Part shown: positions 57,756 to 64,000 of the stretch, one piece after another
Layout: the number at the start of each line of letters is the position of its first letter
Position numbering within the stretch: the first letter of the stretch is position 1
Assembly (NCBI GenBank): GCA_040755995.1
Contig: JBFMAF010000032.1
Location: 97,306-161,305, forward strand
Direction: 5' to 3'
DNA length: 64,000 nt
Origin: Acidobacteriota bacterium
Lineage (GTDB): Bacteria > Acidobacteriota > CAIWXX01
Made by a program: the position numbers and the translations under genes
Notes under the pieces: generated by a model
The model's input: only the letters and a program-made list of their open reading frames with translations
What the model was told of the DNA's origin: nothing
Database searches by the model: none

Positions 57756-57992
57756 TCACAGGTACCCGAGCCCCTTCAGTCGCTTGCGGACCTTCTCCAG
57801 GTCCTGGGCGGTGAATGTCTCGCTCTCCGGCCCCGGTGCGCCCACCTCATGTGCCGACACCAGGTCCCGAAGCACGTAGACCACGAAGTCGGTCACCGAG
57901 TCGAAGCCCGATCCTTCGATGATCTGCTGCAGTTTTCGATATAGAGGTCTCGGGATCTTGATTGTGACCTTGCTCTCACGATTCCATGGCAT
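57756..57992 (-). CDS. CopG/RHH family protein ending RLKGLGYL
   Basis: VTIKIPRPLY...GFDSVTDFVVYVLR. Confidence 0.8.
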   Translation of the reverse strand: MPWNRESKVTIKIPRPLYRKLQQIIEGSGFDSVTDFVVYVLRDLVSAHEVGAPGPESETFTAQDLEKVRKRLKGLGYL

Positions 57993-58004
57993 CTTACACC
58001 CCTA

Positions 58005-58054
58005 TTGCACTCCAATTGGATTCCTAATATACTCCAGCAGGAGTGTAGAGTCAA
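58005..58054. promoter_or_regulatory. overlapping promoters on opposite strands for the divergent genes
   Basis: Plus strand TTGCAC-17-TATACT; minus strand TTGACT-17-TATATT; palindrome TCCAATTGGA at 58011-58020. Confidence 0.6.
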
Positions 58055-58069
58055 ACTCAGATTTGTGAG

Positions 58070-58681
58070 GTGCCAATGTTAAAGAACCTGCTCCAGCGAA
58101 TGCGTTACGGCGATCCCGTGATTCTCGTCTCGGGACTCCCGCGGTCGGGCACGTCGATGACGATGAAGATGCTCGAGGCGGTGGGGCTAGCAACGGTCGT
58201 GGACGGAGTACGCGAAGCGGACGAGGACAATCCGAAGGGGTACTTCGAAGACGAGCGAGTCAAGGATCTGCACAAGATGGAGGACAAGGGTTGGGTTCGA
58301 GAAGCGAGAGGTAAGGCCATCAAAGTCATCTCGTATCTTCTCAAGGAGCTTCCCGACGACAACCTCTACAAGGTCATCTTCATGCGGAGAAACCTGAAGG
58401 AGGTGCTCGCCTCGCAGAAGAAGATGCTCGATCGCCGCGGAGAGAAATCTGAGACCAGCGATGAGCGGATGATCGAGATATACGAGGATCACCTGTGGAA
58501 GGTGAACTATCTTTTCAAGCACAAGTCGAACTTCGAAGCGATCGACGTCGAGTACACGGCGGTGATCAAGGATCCGCGCACGCAGGCGACACGAATCCGC
58601 GACTTCCTGGGGCTCAACCTCGACGTTGACAAGATGGTGGCCGCGGTCGATCCGAACCTGTATCGCAACAGGGCCTCATAG
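58070..58681 (+). CDS. PAPS-dependent sulfotransferase family protein
   Basis: SGLPRSGTS PAPS-binding loop, NPKGYFE, R...EVLASQ. Confidence 0.88.
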   Translation: MPMLKNLLQRMRYGDPVILVSGLPRSGTSMTMKMLEAVGLATVVDGVREADEDNPKGYFEDERVKDLHKMEDKGWVREARGKAIKVISYLLKELPDDNLYKVIFMRRNLKEVLASQKKMLDRRGEKSETSDERMIEIYEDHLWKVNYLFKHKSNFEAIDVEYTAVIKDPRTQATRIRDFLGLNLDVDKMVAAVDPNLYRNRAS

Positions 58682-59494
58682 ATGGGTAGCGGGATGACAC
58701 AGAACAAGACGAGGGATGATGATCTCAGGTTGATATCGCGGGCGCTCGACGAGGCGGTGAATGTGCTTGCCGCATATACGTCGGGGGCGATTCAGGAAGA
58801 GATCAAGGCGGGCGGCTCGCCGGTCACGGAGGCTGATCGACGTATCGATGCCGTGCTCAAGAAGATACTGCCCGCCGACGGCGACGGATGGCTCTCGGAG
58901 GAGACCGCGGACGAGAAGTCGCGGCTTCAGAGGAGCCGGGTGTGGGTGGTCGATCCGCTCGACGGCACGCGCGAATTCGTGGATGGGCTACCCGAGTGGT
59001 GCGTCTCGATCGGCCTGGTGGAAGACGGCCGTGCCGTTGCGGGCGGCATCCACAATCCCGCCACGGGACAGCGGGTGCTGGGATCGCTCGAGACGGGCGT
59101 CACGCTCAACGGCGAGCGCGCGCGAGTTCGGCCGCTCACCTCACTCAAGGGGATCCGCGTGCTGGCCAGCCGCACCGAGGTGAAGAAGGGCCAGTGGGAG
59201 CGATTCCGCGGGGCGCCGTTCGAGTTCGTTGCCATGGGATCGGTGGCGTACAAGATGAGCCTGGTGGCGGCCGGCCTTGCCGATGCCACCTGGACTCTTG
59301 TTCCCAAGAACGAGTGGGACGTGGCCGCCGGAGCCGCGCTGGTGAAGGCCGCGGGCGGTGTCGTCCACACGCTCGACGGCGGCGAGCCTCGCTTCAACCG
59401 CGCAAACACGCTCTACGACGGCTTCATCGCCGTGCCCCGCGGAATCGTAGCCGAGCTCGGCGAGTTCCTGAAGCTCCCGCTGCCACGGGGATAG
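58682..59494 (+). CDS. cysQ: 3'(2'),5'-bisphosphate nucleotidase CysQ / inositol monophosphatase family
   Basis: VTEAD, LSEE, WVVDPLDGTREF, EWDVAAG. Confidence 0.88.
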   Translation: MGSGMTQNKTRDDDLRLISRALDEAVNVLAAYTSGAIQEEIKAGGSPVTEADRRIDAVLKKILPADGDGWLSEETADEKSRLQRSRVWVVDPLDGTREFVDGLPEWCVSIGLVEDGRAVAGGIHNPATGQRVLGSLETGVTLNGERARVRPLTSLKGIRVLASRTEVKKGQWERFRGAPFEFVAMGSVAYKMSLVAAGLADATWTLVPKNEWDVAAGAALVKAAGGVVHTLDGGEPRFNRANTLYDGFIAVPRGIVAELGEFLKLPLPRG

Positions 59495-59617
59495 GCCAGG
59501 GCGAGACTCGGGCCGCCGCGACTCGACCCGGACGTGCGTCGCGCAGCACTGCCCCGTTCTGCGACCAGAGTGAGCACCGAGCGGAGAAGAGACCTGCGCG
59601 TAGCGAGGGCTGCCGCG

Positions 59618-60013
59618 TCAGACTGACCAGTTCTCCATCCTGAGTCCGGGCACACGCTTGAAACGACGCCTGTTGTTGGTCACGAGCACGTAGTTGAGCA
59701 CAAGAGCGGTCGAAGCCACGATGAGATCGAAATCCGCAAGCGGGCTACCGCGTTTCTCCAGGGTCGCCTTGATCGAGTCAAAAGTTTCCATGACCGCACG
59801 GCTGACATCGATGACAGGAAAGATCTCGGCGGTGCGCCGCACAGTCGCCAGGTTTGCCTCGGCCCGGGCCGACTCCATTGCGCCATAGTACAGCTCTCCA
59901 TATGTCACGACCGATATCGCTTTCGGGAGAGTGGCTTTAGCCGCCAACTGCGCATTGACCTTCGCATGGCCCTTCAGCGAGTAGATCATGGTGTCGGTAT
60001 CAAGCAAATACAT
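59618..60013 (-). CDS. vapC: VapC PIN toxin
   Basis: YLLDTD, ELYYG, DLIVAS.AL, LVTNN. Confidence 0.9.
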   Translation of the reverse strand: MYLLDTDTMIYSLKGHAKVNAQLAAKATLPKAISVVTYGELYYGAMESARAEANLATVRRTAEIFPVIDVSRAVMETFDSIKATLEKRGSPLADFDLIVASTALVLNYVLVTNNRRRFKRVPGLRMENWSV

Positions 60014-60272
60014 CGCTGCTGAACCTCTTTCCGCCGCGCCGAGCCTGCCGAATCTCGCCTGCGATTTCCCGCGCCGACCGCTCGTCTTGCCATGATCCGG
60101 CCAGGGCCAGAAACGCCTCTGTGGCCTCTCTGGCCGATGCGGCCGGCCGAGCCAGGGAGTCCTTTATGAAGGCCACGACCTCCTGGCTGATGGACCTGTT
60201 ATCCATGGCGGCGCGAGCACGGAGGGCCTCATAAAGATCATCCTCAATGCCTTTGACCTGCAGTGTAGCCAT
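60000..60272 (-). CDS. FitA/VapB-like RHH antitoxin
   Basis: MATLQVKGIEDDLYEALRARAAMDNRSISQE; overlaps the toxin start. Confidence 0.85.
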   Translation of the reverse strand: MATLQVKGIEDDLYEALRARAAMDNRSISQEVVAFIKDSLARPAASAREATEAFLALAGSWQDERSAREIAGEIRQARRGGKRFSSDVFA

Positions 60273-60402
60273 TCTTCGCCTCCCTGTTGATTATAGCAGA
60301 GTTATTCATGAATCTGCATTCAATATGGATGAACACTCCGGCAGCGTGTGATGGACGGCAGCCCAGCCGCAAATCCTCAGGGGCAGATCGCTGTGGGGCC
60401 TG

Positions 60403-61821
60403 CTACTTCCCCGGGGGCAGCGGCATCACGTTCCAGATGAAGTACTTCTCGGCCTGGAAGTCCATGATGTCCTCGCTCTGGTAGGTGGTCTGGCCCTTGG
60501 GCAGCCAGAAGTGGCGCAGCTTCTTCTGGTCGTCGGAAGCGACGAAGATATCGTCCCGCCCGTCGCCATCCCAGTCGAAAACCACCGTCGCGTGTTCGAA
60601 GCCGCTCGAGACGGAGCCCGGCACCACGTCGGCAACGCTCCAGCTGCCGCCCTTGCGCTGTATCACATAGATGCCGTTCTTTCTGGTGGACGCGATGATC
60701 TCTCGCGCGCCGTCACAGTCGGTGTCGCCGGTGTTCAAGAAGCGGCACATGTCGCCCTGAAGGGTAACGTCGCCGATCTCCTTCATGCCACCGTCCTTCC
60801 ATGCCCAGCCGCGGATGAACAGGCGCTGAGAAGGATCTTTCATCCCTGCGGTTTCGATCGCTGCATAGAGTTCGACCCGGCCATCCCCGTCGAGATCCAC
60901 GGCCAGGATCTCCTTCGGATGGCGCTCGGGCAAACGGCTCACCTCTGTGCGCACGTATGTCTTGGAGCCGCCATCCCAGCGATACATGTCGATGCGCCCT
61001 CCCTGCGGCGTCCCGTCGAGGCGATTGGGAGCGGACGGTGTCGTGAAGAATTCGAGTTTCTTGTCCCCGTCGACGTCTCCGATCTCGACCTCGTGCGTGA
61101 AGGTCCGCTGAGTGTCCCGGTATATCTCTTGCGGCTTCATGCCTTGCGGCGTCTGCTCGATCACAAACACGGCGCCGAGATCGTGAGTCACTACCACCAG
61201 CTCATCCTGACCGTCGCTGTCGACGTCACCTGCTTCGACGTCGCGGAACCGGTGTTCGCGCTGTCCCACCACCGCAGTCCACAGGGTTTCGGCCTTGAAG
61301 CCCGTTCCCGATCCGCCGGGCTCGCGCCAGATCTGGAGATACGGCATGTTCGCGCTGATCGTCAGAATCCCAGGCTCTCCGAATGCAGGCTTGAACCACA
61401 TGCACTTGTGAAAGACATTGCCGCCCTCGAGCTCGAAGACCTTCGACTCGGGTTTTCCGTTCACCTCGGCCCACGTGATGTCCTTCTCCGAGGCACCAGG
61501 GGCCTCTGCAACCGTCCAGCCCGCGCCCGATCGGACGAACGTGAGCGGCTTCGACGGAGGCTCGCCTTCCTTGCCCAGCCTTCGCACGTATGACTTGCCG
61601 TCAGCACCGATCCCCGGCTGAAGCACCACCTTTCCCGGCGGCACCGAAACCTCCTCCCGCGACCATCCTTCCGCTCCCGGGCGCAGGATGAGCATCGTCG
61701 CGGGTGAGGGGCCTTCCTTGAATACCGACCGGGCCACGATCAGGCCGCCTTTCGGCTTGGAGCTCCCGCACCACGGGAAGAGGCAGAGCATCAAGACCAG
61801 CAACAGGGCACGATTGCGCAT
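60403..61821 (-). CDS. exported FG-GAP/VCBS repeat protein
   Basis: GDVDSDGQDE, GDVDGDKKLE, DLDGDGRVE, DWDGDGRDD repeats; signal peptide. Confidence 0.8.
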   Translation of the reverse strand: MRNRALLLVLMLCLFPWCGSSKPKGGLIVARSVFKEGPSPATMLILRPGAEGWSREEVSVPPGKVVLQPGIGADGKSYVRRLGKEGEPPSKPLTFVRSGAGWTVAEAPGASEKDITWAEVNGKPESKVFELEGGNVFHKCMWFKPAFGEPGILTISANMPYLQIWREPGGSGTGFKAETLWTAVVGQREHRFRDVEAGDVDSDGQDELVVVTHDLGAVFVIEQTPQGMKPQEIYRDTQRTFTHEVEIGDVDGDKKLEFFTTPSAPNRLDGTPQGGRIDMYRWDGGSKTYVRTEVSRLPERHPKEILAVDLDGDGRVELYAAIETAGMKDPSQRLFIRGWAWKDGGMKEIGDVTLQGDMCRFLNTGDTDCDGAREIIASTRKNGIYVIQRKGGSWSVADVVPGSVSSGFEHATVVFDWDGDGRDDIFVASDDQKKLRHFWLPKGQTTYQSEDIMDFQAEKYFIWNVMPLPPGK

Positions 61822-61930
61822 GTGTTCTCCATCATCTCGACGAGCCCTGCTGGCTCGCCGCGTCGTTGTGCAAGGTACAGCCGGAACAACCAATCCCGGC
61901 AACGACCACTGCCTCGGCTATTCTGCCCGA

Positions 61931-62227
61931 TTACCACGCGCCGCCGCAAGCCGTACCGGGCTCCCGAGATCCGGCTGCACGTGCCTTGGCCCGCAGTGTC
62001 TCGAACTTGGCCAGATTGCCTCGAAGATACGCATCTACCTCGGCACGATGCGCAAGGTAGTAGGTGATGGCGCCGTAGACCTGTTCGAGGGCCAATGTGT
62101 CGTAGTTGTCAGCGATGCTCTCCGGGGGGAGACCACTCAGGAAATCGTGCACCACTGAGTCGAGCGAGACACGGCTGCCGACGATCCGATAGCCCTCCGG
62201 AGTTCGAGCAACGTAGCTCCCTTCCAT
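61931..62227 (-). CDS. DUF433 domain antitoxin-like protein
   Basis: RIVGSRVSLDSVV...PESIAD.Y..L.LEQVYGAITYY. Confidence 0.85.
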   Translation of the reverse strand: MEGSYVARTPEGYRIVGSRVSLDSVVHDFLSGLPPESIADNYDTLALEQVYGAITYYLAHRAEVDAYLRGNLAKFETLRAKARAAGSREPGTACGGAW

Positions 62228-62353
62228 TCTGCCGGCTCCTCTCTCCCTATGCTATTCTAACCCAATCTCGGCACTCCCGCGAACCATCGAGATGACCGTC
62301 GACCAGCCTGAGCCAAGTCCGACGGTGGTCCCGGTCACCCGGGCGCACCGGCT

Positions 62354-63448
62354 CTACGAGACGCCCCAGGCGACGAGCGTCTCAAAGACGCGTGGATGAG
62401 CGCCCATGAAGCGCACGACACGACAACGCAGGCGAGGGCGCCGCGCGAGCGCGAGCACAGCTCGGGCGACCAATGCATATCGCCGGAACTTGCGCGCAAA
62501 TGCGCGCTCATAGGGCCTGAGCGCTTCGACGGTAGCCCCACGCTTCAGGGCAGCCGGCAGGATCTCGCCGAGCGTCCGGGAACACGCGAATGCGAGCGAC
62601 GTGCCTTCGCCTGTGATCGGATCGACATAGCCCGCGGCGTCCCCGATGAGCACGAAGCGGTCCTTGACCCGAGCGGCCGCCAATCGTGGCATCGGGCCGG
62701 CTCCACGTGGCTCCGAGTCTCTCTCTGAGCATGCGACTCTAGACGCGAGTACTGGAAACCGCGCAAGGAATGCGTCGATCGACGCGCCTCCCTCGTTCGC
62801 ACCTCTCTCCCAGAGAAACGCGATTCCGACCCTGGCCGCTCCTGACGGCGTGACGTACGCCTCGATCCCCGCTCCGAAGTGCACTTCCACGAAGTTGTTC
62901 CAGGGGGCCACGCGGAAGTGTTGCCGCAACCCGAACCGCTTCGGACCCGAGGAGGGGCGTTCCAGGCCCTCAGCCGCCCGCAACGGCGAATTCAATCCGT
63001 CCGCCGCGACCAGGACCCCCGCCTCAACCTCGCCACCGTCTAGTTCAACCGAGACGCCCTGAGCAGTTCTGCGAAAACGCCTCGCGGTGCAATCCCAACG
63101 GAGCTCCACGCCGCACTCGGCCGCCCGCGCCGACAATGCTGCGCTGAGCGCCGTCCGCCTGACTCCGAGCCCGCCGCCGCGCGGCAGCCGTCCTTCGGCC
63201 GCTGAGCCATCCTCCTGCACGTACCTGATGCCAATGAACGGCGCGCTGTCCGCCTGTTTGATGTGCGGCAGAGCCCCCATCTCCTGCAGCGCGCGGACGC
63301 CGGCAGGCATGATCCCTTCGCCGCAGGCCTTGTCCGGAGGACAGCTGCGCCTCTCCAATACTATCGTCGATAGGCCTCGTAGCGATGCGCAGATGGCAGT
63401 GGCCAGTCCAGCCGGGCCGCCTCCCACGATCGCCACGTCAAAGCGCAA
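62354..63448 (-). CDS. FAD-dependent oxidoreductase/monooxygenase (geranylgeranyl reductase-like)
   Basis: GGGPAG, DKACGEG, AADG, GDAAGYVDPITGEG. Confidence 0.9.
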   Translation of the reverse strand: MRFDVAIVGGGPAGLATAICASLRGLSTIVLERRSCPPDKACGEGIMPAGVRALQEMGALPHIKQADSAPFIGIRYVQEDGSAAEGRLPRGGGLGVRRTALSAALSARAAECGVELRWDCTARRFRRTAQGVSVELDGGEVEAGVLVAADGLNSPLRAAEGLERPSSGPKRFGLRQHFRVAPWNNFVEVHFGAGIEAYVTPSGAARVGIAFLWERGANEGGASIDAFLARFPVLASRVACSERDSEPRGAGPMPRLAAARVKDRFVLIGDAAGYVDPITGEGTSLAFACSRTLGEILPAALKRGATVEALRPYERAFARKFRRYALVARAVLALARRPRLRCRVVRFMGAHPRVFETLVAWGVS

Positions 63449-64000
63449 CTCTGGTCCTCGCGAATGCGATCGCCGACCTGACCATCTCCACGGCGAGTCC
63501 CGCTACTCCGACTCGCCTGGGCGGATCGAGCTCCCCCGAAATGAATCTTCTCAGCGCCTCACCACGCTTCATCTTGCCGCTGGAAGTGCGCGGAAGCGTT
63601 CCCGGGTGGAGCACCACCACAGAATGCGGCCTTACGCCGGTTCTCTCGATCACAACTCGACGGATTCCATCCGCCAGCTCCGCATCACCGTCGTCGCCGG
63701 TCATGTTCTTCGCGCGCTCGACGAGCATCAGAAGCGACTCCTCGGACTCATCCTCAGGCACAAAGCCGACCGCCACGGCGCACCCGGCGCGGACTCCTTC
63801 CATCCCATCGAGGCACTCCTCGAATTCCTGCGGCTGGTGATTGGAGCCTCGTATGATGATCACCTCCTTGGCCCGACCGCACACGTAGAGCTCGCCGCCG
63901 GCCGTGAAGCCAAGGTCGCCGGTATCCAACCAGCCGTCCACGATCGATTGCGCAGTGGCTTCCGGCTGGCCGAAATACCCAGCCATGACCGACGCCCCGC
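63438..64000 (-). CDS. fatty acyl-AMP ligase, C-terminal part (5' end outside window)
   Basis: GWLDTGDLGF, GRAKEVIIIRG, LPRTSSGK. Confidence 0.85.
   Translation of the reverse strand, partial: GASVMAGYFGQPEATAQSIVDGWLDTGDLGFTAGGELYVCGRAKEVIIIRGSNHQPQEFEECLDGMEGVRAGCAVAVGFVPEDESEESLLMLVERAKNMTGDDGDAELADGIRRVVIERTGVRPHSVVVLHPGTLPRTSSGKMKRGEALRRFISGELDPPRRVGVAGLAVEMVRSAIAFARTRVAL

Overview
GC-rich bacterial genomic window with no rRNA, tRNA, CRISPR array or transposase seen. The gene content is typical of Acidobacteriota-like or other uncultured diderm lineages, but the taxonomy is inference only. Contents in order: a partial D-Ala-D-Ala dipeptidase; an orphan MAD3/MAD4-like ATPase pair; a patchwork of gene fragments and immunity-like ORFs; an actinobacterial-type secA2 preceded by a small membrane uORF ending in RAPP, whose Pro-Pro codons are complementary to the secA Shine-Dalgarno (candidate SecM-like arrest peptide, with a second decayed copy at 25.75-26.03 kb); AraC, arylsulfotransferase, aldo/keto reductase and RNB genes; a propeller histidine kinase and NarL-type regulator with matching operators ahead of secreted Cys/His-repeat proteins; several intact and decayed toxin-antitoxin genes; an alpha-2-macroglobulin; radical SAM, membrane and SGNH genes; a sulfation locus (cysC, sulfotransferase, cysQ, two alkaline-phosphatase-superfamily enzymes, a DUF106/EMC3-like membrane protein and two RHH proteins ending in RLKGLGY); and the end of a fatty acyl-AMP ligase/FAD oxidoreductase cluster. 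Many 50-170 bp pieces of DNA are duplicated and re-spliced across the window. Family assignments come from motifs recognised by eye, not from database searches.
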